DNA of 64,000 nt from Candidatus Saccharimonadota bacterium (GCA_009839685.1 VXPC01000014.1:6928-70927); one strand, 5' to 3'; positions 18,972 through 28,173 are shown, counted from the stretch's first letter. The notes: generated by a model from the sequence alone, not told the origin. Program-made: numbers and translations.

Positions 18972-19011
18972 CGCCGCAAAGTCTCAAATTGACAGCTCCA
19001 GTGAACCTAAG
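18972..19011. repeat. conserved ~40-nt intergenic motif, copy A
   Basis: cgccgcaaagtctcaaattgacagctccagtgaacctaag versus copy B cgtcgcttcaaaatctcaaattgacagctctggtgaatctaagg. Confidence 0.55.
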
Positions 19012-19104
19012 ATAAAGAGAACCAGGCGCTTCCGATGACTTGTTTTTAAGCCGGAAAATTACATCAGTTGGTACGCTCAAGGGCGCGAAAGTGAAACACC
19101 CAGA

Positions 19105-19842
19105 TTAACCGTCGCGCGCATCGCCATGACTAATGATTTCTCCGCTGTCGGCAACCCAGGCTACCAGCGGCCCGCCGATATCAACGCCGCAATCCAGTAG
19201 CACCCGCTCAGAACTGACATAGGGCTCGGGGTAGGTTGTGTGACCGCTGACAATGCACTTGCCTGCAATCCTGGCCGTCGGCAAAGCGAGTTTTCGGGAA
19301 CGGAGCTGGGGCGGCTCCCATCTGTCCTCCTCAACCCGATTCTCGAGGTTTCGGACTTGCTCGTCGGCGCTTCGGCCGGGGTCCAACCCTGCATGAACCA
19401 CAATCAGGCTACCGGCTTGATAAACCCAGGGCAGACTCCGGAGGAATTCAAGATGGGTTGGGGGCATACGCTCCCTAAGCGCGTTGACTTGATCCATGCG
19501 TGACCATTCGGATTTCGGCACCACTCCATAACTAGCCAGAGTTTGCTTTTGATAGGCCAAAACCCAGCGGCCGACCCAGCGATTACGGTCGGGGCCGTCT
19601 TCAAGCGCCTTCAACAGGGCGTACTCGTGGTTGCCAGCCAGCATGACGTGCCCCAGTTCCTGTAGTTCAATCGCAAAATCGACCAATTGGCGGATCGCCG
19701 GACCGCGGTCGTAGTAATCGCCCAGAAAAACCAGCTTTCGTTCCTCAAGGTAGCCCTCGGCGTCAAGTTTGTCGACCAACTGGCGAGCCTGGTCGTAGTG
19801 ACCGTGGGTATCAGGTATAACAACTAGTTTCTCATGGTCCAT
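19105..19842 (-). CDS. metallophosphoesterase (PPP-family Ser/Thr phosphatase / ApaH-PrpE-like)
   Basis: IPDTHGHYD, FLGDYYDRGP, AGNHE and VHAG motifs of the calcineurin-like phosphoesterase fold. Confidence 0.8.
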   Translation of the reverse strand: MDHEKLVVIPDTHGHYDQARQLVDKLDAEGYLEERKLVFLGDYYDRGPAIRQLVDFAIELQELGHVMLAGNHEYALLKALEDGPDRNRWVGRWVLAYQKQTLASYGVVPKSEWSRMDQVNALRERMPPTHLEFLRSLPWVYQAGSLIVVHAGLDPGRSADEQVRNLENRVEEDRWEPPQLRSRKLALPTARIAGKCIVSGHTTYPEPYVSSERVLLDCGVDIGGPLVAWVADSGEIISHGDARDG

Positions 19843-19944
19843 TACTGTAATACTACAGACTTTGCTTTCTAGCCTCAAATTAAAGGACAAAAACCTAACG
19901 TTTGAGCTGAATTTCCCCTGTTGGGGCGCAGGAAAAATTCAGCT

Positions 19945-19988
19945 CGTCGCTTCAAAATCTCAAATTGACAGCTCTGGTGAATCTAAGG
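19945..19988. repeat. conserved ~40-nt intergenic motif, copy B
   Basis: See copy A. It lies about 100 to 145 nt upstream of the phosphoesterase start. Copy A is at a similar distance from the MORN gene start. Confidence 0.55.
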
Positions 19989-20148
19989 AGACGACAGCGA
20001 AACCAAATAATCCTGGAAGAGCTGGTGTATTTGAACAGCCATTTGTGACTGCAGGACAAATAGGGCCCCTCAGGTTGCGACCTGAGGGCGTGCTATCACC
20101 CGCCCTGAAGAAACTAGGAAGCTACCTGACATTTTCATGACCGGCCGG

Positions 20149-20451
20149 TCAATCTGTCTGGTTGTCCGGCTGGACCTGTTTGATGTCGATCAGCGAGATT
20201 ATCTGATAGCCGAACTGGTTGACTTGCGACTGGGGAAAGAAGTCGAGTTCGTTGGTCTTGAGGACAGATCCGGCAGTGCATTCCAGCCAGCGGCCAGTCG
20301 GTTCGTGGGTCTGGTCGTCAACCTCGATCAGGCGGAGCCGGTCACCCGGCTGGCAATCCCAATCAGCTAGGCGCAACTCGAATGTCTTCTGGCCACTAAC
20401 CAGCTGGCGGTAGTAGCTGGCATCAACTTTTTTGCTAATTAGCCGGCTCAT
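20149..20451 (-). CDS. ASCH-like / DUF3850-family small protein
   Basis: 100 aa, KTFELRLADWDCQPGDRLRLIEVD...TGRWLECT pattern typical of DUF3850/ASCH. Confidence 0.55.
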   Translation of the reverse strand: MSRLISKKVDASYYRQLVSGQKTFELRLADWDCQPGDRLRLIEVDDQTHEPTGRWLECTAGSVLKTNELDFFPQSQVNQFGYQIISLIDIKQVQPDNQTD

Positions 20452-20603
20452 CGACCAGACCCCCGAAATAAAGTCCCGAGTGAATTTGCCGGCCGGCTGT
20501 CAAAATTGACTCGCGCCCAGTGTTGCTGCCTCATCCTAAACCTGTCTTTCTGTGGCTTGTTATCCATTTTGTCTCCCTTGTAATCTCACCAAAATCTAGC
20601 ACT

Positions 20604-20678
20604 TGGTGACTCCAAGGGGAATCGAACCCCTATTTCCAGACTGAGAACCTGGTGTCCTAACCGTTAGACGATGGAGCC
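20604..20678 (-). tRNA. tRNA-Glu (anticodon CUC)
   Basis: Minus-strand cloverleaf folded by hand: acceptor GGCTCCA/TGGAGTC, D-arm GTCT/GGAC, anticodon stem CCAGG/TCTGG with loop TTCTCAG, T-arm AGGGG-TTCGATT-CCCCT, encoded CCA. Confidence 0.85.
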
Positions 20679-20709
20679 GCAACGTAGACAAGTATATTAT
20701 AACTGCAAG

Positions 20710-22128
20710 CTAATTACTGGCAGATAGCCTAGCCTGGCACTCTTCCAGGCCTAGTGCGTCCATGGTGGCAAATAGACCCGGCGCAACTTTGCGCCCGGTC
20801 AATTTCAGCCGCAGGAGAGTGAAATACTTGGACGGGCTGGTCTTCTTTTCTTGAGCCAGTTGGTAAATCCGCAACTCCAAGTTGCCGGCTGTGAAGTCAA
20901 TTGACCCAACAGTCTCCAAGGTGGCCTCAAGCAGAGGTTGGATATCCTCTTCCGGGATTCTGGATTCTTTAACCAGGGTTGCCAAGCTGGGTGATTCGGG
21001 TCTGCTGAAGAAAAATTCGGTCAGCTCGGCCAACTCGGACCACTTCTTCAGGCGCTGGTAGACCAGCTCCAAGACTTTGTGTTTGTACTCCTCCCCCGCT
21101 CCTTCGGCGCTTTTCGGCCACCAGGGTTCGGCCAGCCGGCGGAGTTCCGCCTCCGGCAGGGCTCTGAGGTGCTGGCCGTTGAACCAGTCCAGCCGGACGC
21201 CGTCAAAGCGGGCGCCGCTGACCTGGATGCCGGCGATGTCGAAAGTTTTGACCAGCTCCTCGATAGTAAAGATTTCTTCGGGCGTTTTCGGATTCCAGCC
21301 CAGCAGGCTGAGGTAATTGAGAACGGCCTCTTTCAGGTAACCTTCTTCCAGCAAGTCGACCACCCTGCCCCCTTTGTCGCGCTTGCTCAGTTTCTGGCCG
21401 CCTTCGGCCGCCAGCACGGGCGGAACGTGGACGTACTGCGGCCTGCTCCAGTCCAAGCAGTCGAAGAGGTACAGGTGCTTGGGTGTGCTGCTCAACCACT
21501 CGTCGGCCCTGATAACGTGGCTGATTTCCATCAGGTGGTCGTCGATGACGTTGGCCAAGTGGTAGGTCGGCCAGCCGTCGCTCTTGACAGCGACAAAGTC
21601 GCCGATATCCTTGCCTTGCCAGCTCTGCCCGCCCTTGACCGCGTCCTCCCAGGCAATCGTCAGCTCGTCAGGGATGGCGATGCGGACGACCGGCCGCTGC
21701 CCGTCGCGCTCCTCGGTTACGGCCATGTCTTTTCTGAAAACGAAGGGCCGCTTCTCTTTTTGGGCTTGCTCCCGCATGGCCCTGAGCTCTTCAGCCGAGC
21801 TGTAATCGTAGTAGGCAATGCCTTTCTGGATCAACTGGTCGGCGTAGTCGCGGTAGATTTCCAGGCGGTGGCTCTGGACGCAGCTGCCGAAGTCGGGGCT
21901 GGGCTTGTCGGGTCCGTAATCCCAATCCAAGCCGAGGGATTGCAAATCCGACATCAGTTGCTTGGCCGCGCCCGGGACGAGGCGCTCTTGGTCGGTGTCT
22001 TCCAGCCGCAAGATAAACTGCCCTCCCTCCCTCCTGGCCCACAGCCAGTTGAAGAGAGCTGTCCGCAGGCCTCCCAGATGGAGGTGGCCGGTCGGACTGG
22101 GGGCGTATCTGGTCTTTATTTCACTCAT
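20710..22128 (-). CDS. gltX: glutamyl-tRNA synthetase
   Basis: HIGH motif RYAPSPTGHLHLGGLRTA and KMSKS-type KLSKRD. Start chosen at MSEIKTRY. Confidence 0.9.
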   Translation of the reverse strand: MSEIKTRYAPSPTGHLHLGGLRTALFNWLWARREGGQFILRLEDTDQERLVPGAAKQLMSDLQSLGLDWDYGPDKPSPDFGSCVQSHRLEIYRDYADQLIQKGIAYYDYSSAEELRAMREQAQKEKRPFVFRKDMAVTEERDGQRPVVRIAIPDELTIAWEDAVKGGQSWQGKDIGDFVAVKSDGWPTYHLANVIDDHLMEISHVIRADEWLSSTPKHLYLFDCLDWSRPQYVHVPPVLAAEGGQKLSKRDKGGRVVDLLEEGYLKEAVLNYLSLLGWNPKTPEEIFTIEELVKTFDIAGIQVSGARFDGVRLDWFNGQHLRALPEAELRRLAEPWWPKSAEGAGEEYKHKVLELVYQRLKKWSELAELTEFFFSRPESPSLATLVKESRIPEEDIQPLLEATLETVGSIDFTAGNLELRIYQLAQEKKTSPSKYFTLLRLKLTGRKVAPGLFATMDALGLEECQARLSASN

Positions 22129-22247
22129 AACCTTGCGCTCGAACGGGACGGGAGCAACCTTTGCCATTAAGGCAACAGACTAAACCTTGTTTCCAAGGTA
22201 TACTATACTCCGCGACAAGAGGCAAAACAAAAAGAGAGGCCAAAACC

Positions 22248-22928
22248 ATGCCGGCAATAGTTGACTACCTGAAGCGTTTACTCGGTTCATCGTCGCGGCG
22301 GCGATCAGCCGTCGGGCCCGCGCCGGCTCCCGATTCCAAGGCGGCCCTGATACCGATTGACGCCCATAAGCGCTACTTGGACGATTTGCTGGCCAGCGCT
22401 CGCTCGCCCGGCGAAATCAAGGCCGACTGGCAACGCTACTATGACAGGCTGGACGACGGCCAGAAGAACCTGATTTGGGCTTACGCCGACGAGCGCCTTC
22501 CGGAAGTCAAAACCGCCGGCAACAAAAAGTTGATCAACCTGCTGTGGAGCCGGGTTTTCTACAGCGACGGCAACCTGGCCAAGGTAGCCGGCCGGTGCGC
22601 GATCAGGGCCGAGAAAGGCTGGGGCTTGGTTTACTGCTACTTGGTCGACGGCCGGCCCCGCTACGTCGGCCAAACCAGGGAGAATTCCTTGAGTTGGCGG
22701 ATGACCAAGCGCCAGCGGCAGGGCAAAATCGGCTACAACTACGCCATCAAGCGCAATCTGATCAATGCCTACCGCAACGGCTCACTTTCGATTTGGACCA
22801 GAAAGGTCAAGCTAGCGGAATTGAACCAGCTTGAAAAAGAGCTGATTGAGAAATACGGCCCGACTTGCCGGCTCTGGAACCAGGTTCACAACGAAAAGCA
22901 CTTCACTCTTGCCAACTACAGTTCCTAG
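22248..22928 (+). CDS. protein with C-terminal GIY-YIG nuclease domain and N-terminal module shared with the downstream sortase
   Basis: GLVYCYLVDGRPRYVGQT...R...LEKELIEKYGP...N matches the GIY-YIG core. N-terminal HKRYLDDL...ADWQRYYDRLDDGQKNLIW parallels sortase HKNTLDQL...AQWQQYYERLNDAEKQMIW. Confidence 0.65.
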   Translation: MPAIVDYLKRLLGSSSRRRSAVGPAPAPDSKAALIPIDAHKRYLDDLLASARSPGEIKADWQRYYDRLDDGQKNLIWAYADERLPEVKTAGNKKLINLLWSRVFYSDGNLAKVAGRCAIRAEKGWGLVYCYLVDGRPRYVGQTRENSLSWRMTKRQRQGKIGYNYAIKRNLINAYRNGSLSIWTRKVKLAELNQLEKELIEKYGPTCRLWNQVHNEKHFTLANYSS

Positions 22929-23123
22929 GTTTCCCAAACTGCCAGGCAGCCGCTTAAGCCGGAGGTTATATACCAAGTGGCGTCACGAAATAAGGTTAAA
23001 ACCGCAAAGGCACCCCCCCCCTCGAAGGGGGCCGGTTTCGGCGTCCTTATTGCGCCGCGAAGACGCTATTGTCAACTGAGGCGGTCGTTTGCGCCGCCCG
23101 TCTGGTTACTTGGTAAAAGGGGC

Positions 23124-23720
23124 TCAGTCAACCCCGTTTTGCCAAACTAACTCACCGTAGTTATCGTAGCTTTTGATACTTGTGCTTCCGTATTCTCCGT
23201 ACCCTACGACATTAAGGTGACTAACGTTGTCCAGATACACGCCTTCAGTCATCGGGACTCGAACCGCTGGTTCTTGTCTACCAGCCAGCTCCATATGGGC
23301 AATATTCGCCCGCGGGCTGGATTTTGAATCATCCCGAAACATTTTGCTGTAGTCGTAAATTTCCCATGGCCGCAGGGTGTTGTCAGGCAATATGGAAATA
23401 TAAATCGTGGCAAGCCCATCTTCCTGCTTAAGGTCAGTCAGGTCCTGACCCTCGGCGGTCTCGGGGTAGACATGGAGTATGAAGAAGTCTCGATCGGCGG
23501 GGACGCGTACCTTAAAATGCAGGTCATCCTTAGTGTGACCGTCTATGCTGCCTATAAATTTGTCCTTGTCCTCCCCTATAACAGGCATTCCCAAGATATC
23601 TTCTAAGGGGACATACCAATCCAAGCTTTCTTTAAGGTTACTCTCGATTACTCTTATGCCCTCTACCGTCAATTCAGGCTCATGCGGCCTGCTTTGTTCC
23701 CGTTTTAATACTTGTTCCAT
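23124..23720 (-). CDS. hypothetical protein (locally lower GC)
   Basis: Start at MEQVLK with AGGAGG RBS 8 nt upstream. No recognisable motifs. Composition is AT-richer than its neighbours by eye. Confidence 0.5.
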   Translation of the reverse strand: MEQVLKREQSRPHEPELTVEGIRVIESNLKESLDWYVPLEDILGMPVIGEDKDKFIGSIDGHTKDDLHFKVRVPADRDFFILHVYPETAEGQDLTDLKQEDGLATIYISILPDNTLRPWEIYDYSKMFRDDSKSSPRANIAHMELAGRQEPAVRVPMTEGVYLDNVSHLNVVGYGEYGSTSIKSYDNYGELVWQNGVD

Positions 23721-23903
23721 TGAGAATCCTCCTCGGTGCAATTGATAAGTACCGTATATTATATACTAGTAATAGTTATTTTGCAAATTAAATATGGCGA
23801 GATTTGGGCAGCAGCCGACATTAACCAGCATGCAACCCCCTTAAGCTTATATTTTTATTAAGCGGCGCCTGTAGTATAATTTGCACCAGATTCCAAAGAG
23901 TAA

Positions 23904-25352
23904 ATGCTTAAACTCAAACTTCCCCTCGAGCGTCTTAAGAAAATCGTTCCTTTCGACCGGTTCAAGGGTTCGCGCAACCCCTCCCAGCCGACCGGCTCCC
24001 AGGCTTACTCGCCTGCCCAGTACGTGAATCCTGTCCAGGCGGATCCGTCCGACCCCCGCGCCCTGGCCGCCTCGGCCGTCCTTGCGAGGCACAAAAACAC
24101 GCTGGACCAGCTCGCCCGCCAGCTCAAGGCCGGCCAGGACCCCGCGGTCGTCCAGGCACAGTGGCAGCAGTACTACGAACGGCTGAATGACGCCGAGAAA
24201 CAGATGATCTGGCAAAGCACCTCCGCCCAAGCCCAGCCGGAACCGGCTCCCAAACCGCCGTCTTCGCCACAAGCCGCTACTGTGCCGCCGTCTGCCGCCG
24301 CGCCGCCGCCGTCCGTATTGCCGGCGCCCAAGACCAGGTCCGTCGACGACATGCTCGGCGCGCCGTTGGCGATTAAAGGCTATGGCAATCGGTCCGGACA
24401 GGGAGCCGGTCAAAACACACCCCCGCCCACCCCTGCTCAGCAAGCCGGCCCGGCCGCGCCGGCCGGCGAGGAGGCTGACACGGCGGATCAGGAAAACCGC
24501 AGCATCGGCGAAATCATGCCCGACCGGTCCGTCGGCTACAAAGCGCGCAACATGTTCACCTGGAATTCGCCGACAGCCCTGTTTGACAAGGAGGAAACCC
24601 AGTCGATTTGGCGGCAGAACTTCAAATCGATTATTTTCGGCCTGACGGTCGGCGTTATCTGCTTGGCCTTCTGGCAGTTCACTTTCTTCAACGAACGCTA
24701 CCTGCAGCCGTTCATCCAGCCGGCTTCCAGTTCGACCGACGCCCAGATTATCATCGCGCCCGGCGAAGTCAAGGCCGTGGAGGACGGGTTCAGGGTCATT
24801 ATTCCCAAAATCGGCGTCGACGCGCCGGTAGTCGACGGCGTCAAAGGATTCAGGACGATTGACGGTTCGGAACCGGAAAGCGCCTTTGAGAACCGGGTCC
24901 AGGCGGCTCTGGAGAAAGGCACCGTCCACTATCCCGGCACGCAGTTCCCGGGCCAGAGCGGCGTCAACTTCAACAGCAACGTCGTCGTTTTGGGCCATTC
25001 GGCCAGCAATATCTTCGCGCCCGGCAACTATAAGAGCATCTTCTCCCGTTTGCAGGAAATGGAACTGGGCGATTTCATTCTGGTCAACTACCAGCGCCAG
25101 CAATACATTTACAAGATATACGGCAAGCAGGTGGTCAAACCGACCCAGGTCGAGGTGCTGCAGCCCGGCAGCCGGAACAACACCCTGACCCTGATCACTT
25201 GTCACCCGCCCGGCAACAGCACCAACCGCCTGGTCCTTTTGGCCGAGCAGATCAACCCCGATCCGCTGATCAACAGGAGCGTCGAGCAGAACGCCGATTC
25301 CGGCAACCGGGAAACGGTGGTCCCGGGCCGGCCGCGCGGCTTCTTCGACTAA
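23904..25352 (+). CDS. class E-like sortase (transpeptidase) with N-terminal cytoplasmic domain and TM
   Basis: TM IIFGLTVGVICLAFWQFTFF. Catalytic triad context VVVLGHSASNIF (His), TLTLITCHPPG (Cys), NRLVLLAEQI (Arg). Confidence 0.75.
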   Translation: MLKLKLPLERLKKIVPFDRFKGSRNPSQPTGSQAYSPAQYVNPVQADPSDPRALAASAVLARHKNTLDQLARQLKAGQDPAVVQAQWQQYYERLNDAEKQMIWQSTSAQAQPEPAPKPPSSPQAATVPPSAAAPPPSVLPAPKTRSVDDMLGAPLAIKGYGNRSGQGAGQNTPPPTPAQQAGPAAPAGEEADTADQENRSIGEIMPDRSVGYKARNMFTWNSPTALFDKEETQSIWRQNFKSIIFGLTVGVICLAFWQFTFFNERYLQPFIQPASSSTDAQIIIAPGEVKAVEDGFRVIIPKIGVDAPVVDGVKGFRTIDGSEPESAFENRVQAALEKGTVHYPGTQFPGQSGVNFNSNVVVLGHSASNIFAPGNYKSIFSRLQEMELGDFILVNYQRQQYIYKIYGKQVVKPTQVEVLQPGSRNNTLTLITCHPPGNSTNRLVLLAEQINPDPLINRSVEQNADSGNRETVVPGRPRGFFD

Positions 25353-25431
25353 TACGCTCCCCTGCCCGAGACGGCAAACGAGTTCGGGGCGGGTTTCAAA
25401 GACCCGGGCTTTTTATTAAAATTGGGGACGG

Positions 25432-26106
25432 ATGAGAATTCTTTATTGGAATACCTGCATAACGACCGATCCGCAAGCTTTGTTCGACAGGCTGTCGCTC
25501 TTCCATCAGCTGTACGGCGGCATCGACTACTTCTGCCTCAACGAGGCGACGCCGCAGTTGGTCGAGTTGATGAGGGGGGCCGGCTGGCGAATTTTCCACG
25601 TCGACAACACGGACGTCAAGGGCGTGGCAATCGCCTCCAGGCATCCCTTGCGCCAGAAACGCAGCTACCTGCTCTCTTCCGTCAGCCGCCAGGGCCGCCA
25701 AGACAAGAACCACCTGCTGATGGTCGAGGCCTACTGGCGCAACAAGCCGGTCACGATCGCCACCACCCACCTCACCTACCTGCGCTTCAAGGAAATCAGG
25801 CGCCGCCGGCAGGAGCGCAAGGAACTGGTCAGGATCCTGCCGCGCAACCGGACGGTGTTCGGCGGCGACCTGAACACAATTGTTATTCCTTTCGCCAAAT
25901 GGGACGTCGAGCAGCTGGGCTACCAGAACAAGGTCAAGGGTAAAACCTGGTGCTGGCACCTGAAAAACACCCTCAGGCGCATACCCGTCAAGCTGCAACT
26001 GGACTATGTTTTCGCCACCCACGACATACGAGACGTGGTCGAAGCCAAAATCCTCAAGGAGCAGGGCATCTCCGACCACTTCCCGATTCTGGTCACTCTC
26101 TATTGA
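25432..26106 (+). CDS. endonuclease/exonuclease/phosphatase (EEP) family protein
   Basis: ILYWN...LNEA, GGDLN, LDYVF, SDHFPI motifs. Confidence 0.7.
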   Translation: MRILYWNTCITTDPQALFDRLSLFHQLYGGIDYFCLNEATPQLVELMRGAGWRIFHVDNTDVKGVAIASRHPLRQKRSYLLSSVSRQGRQDKNHLLMVEAYWRNKPVTIATTHLTYLRFKEIRRRRQERKELVRILPRNRTVFGGDLNTIVIPFAKWDVEQLGYQNKVKGKTWCWHLKNTLRRIPVKLQLDYVFATHDIRDVVEAKILKEQGISDHFPILVTLY

Positions 26107-26878
26107 GCCGGCTTTGCCAGGCGGCGCTGACTAGGGCCGGCCAAGGCCGGCCGGGATTGTTGATAAGATAAAAGGCGCTCTCGACGGCCACGCCGAGCCG
26201 GTTGTCGTCCGAGTCTTTGAAGCCGGCTACGTAGGTGGCGCAGACCTGCCCGTCCGCTTTGGTCCACAGGATGTTGTCGCAGCAGGCCGTCAAGTTGCAG
26301 CCGACCTCCAGTTCGGCCAGCGTTTGACCCAAGTTCTCGGGCGCGGGCAGGCCTTGGCCTTTGTGCCCGGCCCCCCTTAGGCGGTGCGCCAGCTGGGACG
26401 CGCTCAGAATCAGGTTCAAATCCTTATCCGCCGGACCAGTGTCAAGGAAATCTTCGGCTACCCGGCCGGTAATCAGCTTCAAGCCCTTGAAGTCGCCTAC
26501 GATCTCGGCGGCCAGTTGTTTCGTTTCCTGGTTGGAACTCAAGTCGCCGACGATGAACAGGCAGTCATAGGCCGCGGCCGCTGCCAGAATCTCCTCCTTG
26601 CCAGTCCTGGCCAGGCTGCCGGCGGGCGTGCTGGGGGCGAAGGTCAGATCCAGTTCGGCCGGCCGGCCGAACTTCAGCAGGCTTCTCAAAGCGTCGGGCA
26701 AAACGACGCCGGCGCCCAGCTTGCGCTCTCTTAGCAGCCGGAAGGCGTCCAGGGGCGCCTGCAGGGCGTGGCTGTGCCCACCGACGATCAGCACCCGGTT
26801 GCGTCCGTCGGCCCGCTCGGGCTGCGCCCAGATGACGTCGGCAAAAAGCGGTTCCGTCTGCTGCTTATGGATCGCCAT
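26093..26878 (-). CDS. YjeF C-terminal-like (NAD(P)H-hydrate dehydratase / carbohydrate-kinase family) protein, possibly degenerate
   Basis: VLIVGG...GAGVV...LFIVGDL...ILSASQLAHRL topology parallels YjeF_C. The canonical GTGD motif is not obvious. Confidence 0.45.
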   Translation of the reverse strand: MAIHKQQTEPLFADVIWAQPERADGRNRVLIVGGHSHALQAPLDAFRLLRERKLGAGVVLPDALRSLLKFGRPAELDLTFAPSTPAGSLARTGKEEILAAAAAYDCLFIVGDLSSNQETKQLAAEIVGDFKGLKLITGRVAEDFLDTGPADKDLNLILSASQLAHRLRGAGHKGQGLPAPENLGQTLAELEVGCNLTACCDNILWTKADGQVCATYVAGFKDSDDNRLGVAVESAFYLINNPGRPWPALVSAAWQSRLNRE

Positions 26879-26882
26879 GGCT

Positions 26883-27686
26883 TCAGAGCTCGACCTCCAA
26901 GCTAACCGGACAATGGTCCGAGCCCATGATATCGGCGTGGATGGCGGCCCGTTTGACCTTTCCTGCCAGCGAGCCGCTGGCCAACCAGTAGTCGATCCGC
27001 CAGCCGACGTTCTTGGCCCGGGCGCTGCCCCAGTGCGTCCACCAGCTGTAAGCTTCGGCCCGGTCGGGGTGGAGATGGCGGAAGGTATCGACGAAACCGG
27101 CTTCTAGCAGGTTGTCAAACCCCCGCCTTTCCTCATTCGTGAACCCGTGCTTGCCGACGTTTTCTTTCGGCCGGGCCAGATCTATTTCTTGGTGGGCTAC
27201 GTTAAGGTCGCCGCACATCAGCACCGGCTTGCTCTCCGCCAGTTTCCGGCAGTGTCTGGCGAAAGCCGGATCCCAGCCGTCGAACCGCAGGCCGAGCCGG
27301 CTCAGGTCGCCCTTGCTGTTGGGCGTGTAGACGGTCACCAGATAAAAATTGTCGAATTCGGCCGTAATCAACCGGCCCTCAGCGTTGGCATCGCCGAACT
27401 GGTCGGCCAGTTCGAACCGTCGGCAAGTGTCGGCCGGGAAATTCAGATCATAGCTTTGCGGGGCGGTCCGGCTGAGGATCATCGTGCCGCTGTAGCCTTT
27501 CCGTTCGGCCGGATTCCAGATGGGCTCGTAGGCGCCGAAGACTGCCGGGTCGACCTGGTCGGGCTGGGCTTTGATTTCTTGCAGGCAGACGATATCCGGG
27601 TCGAGCGCGGTCATCACCTCTTCCAAACCGCCCTTGTTCAGGCAGGCCCTCAGCCCGTTGATATTCCAAGATACGAGTTTCAGCAT
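26883..27686 (-). CDS. xthA: exodeoxyribonuclease III
   Basis: MLKLVSWNINGLRA..., CLQEIK, GDLNVAH, SDHCPV. Confidence 0.9.
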   Translation of the reverse strand: MLKLVSWNINGLRACLNKGGLEEVMTALDPDIVCLQEIKAQPDQVDPAVFGAYEPIWNPAERKGYSGTMILSRTAPQSYDLNFPADTCRRFELADQFGDANAEGRLITAEFDNFYLVTVYTPNSKGDLSRLGLRFDGWDPAFARHCRKLAESKPVLMCGDLNVAHQEIDLARPKENVGKHGFTNEERRGFDNLLEAGFVDTFRHLHPDRAEAYSWWTHWGSARAKNVGWRIDYWLASGSLAGKVKRAAIHADIMGSDHCPVSLEVEL

Positions 27687-27689
27687 TTC

Positions 27690-28139
27690 TCAAGTTCCTC
27701 CTTTGCTGCTTTGCAGCGTCCGTCTGATGCGACGGTCGCTTTCCCTTTTCTTAATCGCTTCGCGTTTGTCGTGGCGCCTCCGGCCTTTGGCCGGCGCCAG
27801 TTCGACCTTGATGTGCTTATCAAGGATCAGTCTGGTCGGCACAATCGTGTTGTTCTTGGCTTCCAAGCTGGCCTTGAGTTTTCTGATCTGGGGCTTGGTC
27901 AGTAACAGGCGGTGGGCGGTCGCTGTCGCGTTCGCCTGATTGCCGGGGTTGAATACCTCCAGGTTGCGCAACCAGACCTGGCCGTCCTTGACGTCGACGA
28001 AAGCACCCTTGAGCGAGACGCGTTGGCGGCGGACGGCCGCGACTTCGAAACCCTTGAGGGCAATGCCGGCCACGACCTTCTGGCCAAGGTCGTAGTCGTA
28101 GCCCGCCCGCCGGTTGCTGATTGTTTTCTTGTCCGCCAT
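27690..28139 (-). CDS. smpB: SsrA-binding protein
   Basis: MADKKTISNRRAGYDYDL...GIALKGFEV...KHIKVELAPAKGRRRHDKREAIKKRE. Start at MADKK. Confidence 0.85.
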   Translation of the reverse strand: MADKKTISNRRAGYDYDLGQKVVAGIALKGFEVAAVRRQRVSLKGAFVDVKDGQVWLRNLEVFNPGNQANATATAHRLLLTKPQIRKLKASLEAKNNTIVPTRLILDKHIKVELAPAKGRRRHDKREAIKKRESDRRIRRTLQSSKGGT

Positions 28140-28173
28140 AATCCGCATCCTTCCGTCTTCTAGTTTACATCTT

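Noticed and set aside
21079-22170. 363-aa + ORF antisense to gltX
   Set aside because: gltX on the minus strand has HIGH/KMSKS motifs. The + frame is a GC-rich shadow.
23097-23115. 16-nt identity gttacttggtaaaagg also present at 60385..60400
   Set aside because: There are only two short copies in different contexts (one after a stop, one before a start). It is most likely chance or part of unrelated RBS-like regions.
23847-25205. 452-aa minus ORF and 25396..26079 minus ORF
   Set aside because: They are antisense to the sortase and EEP genes, whose catalytic motifs are clear on the + strand.
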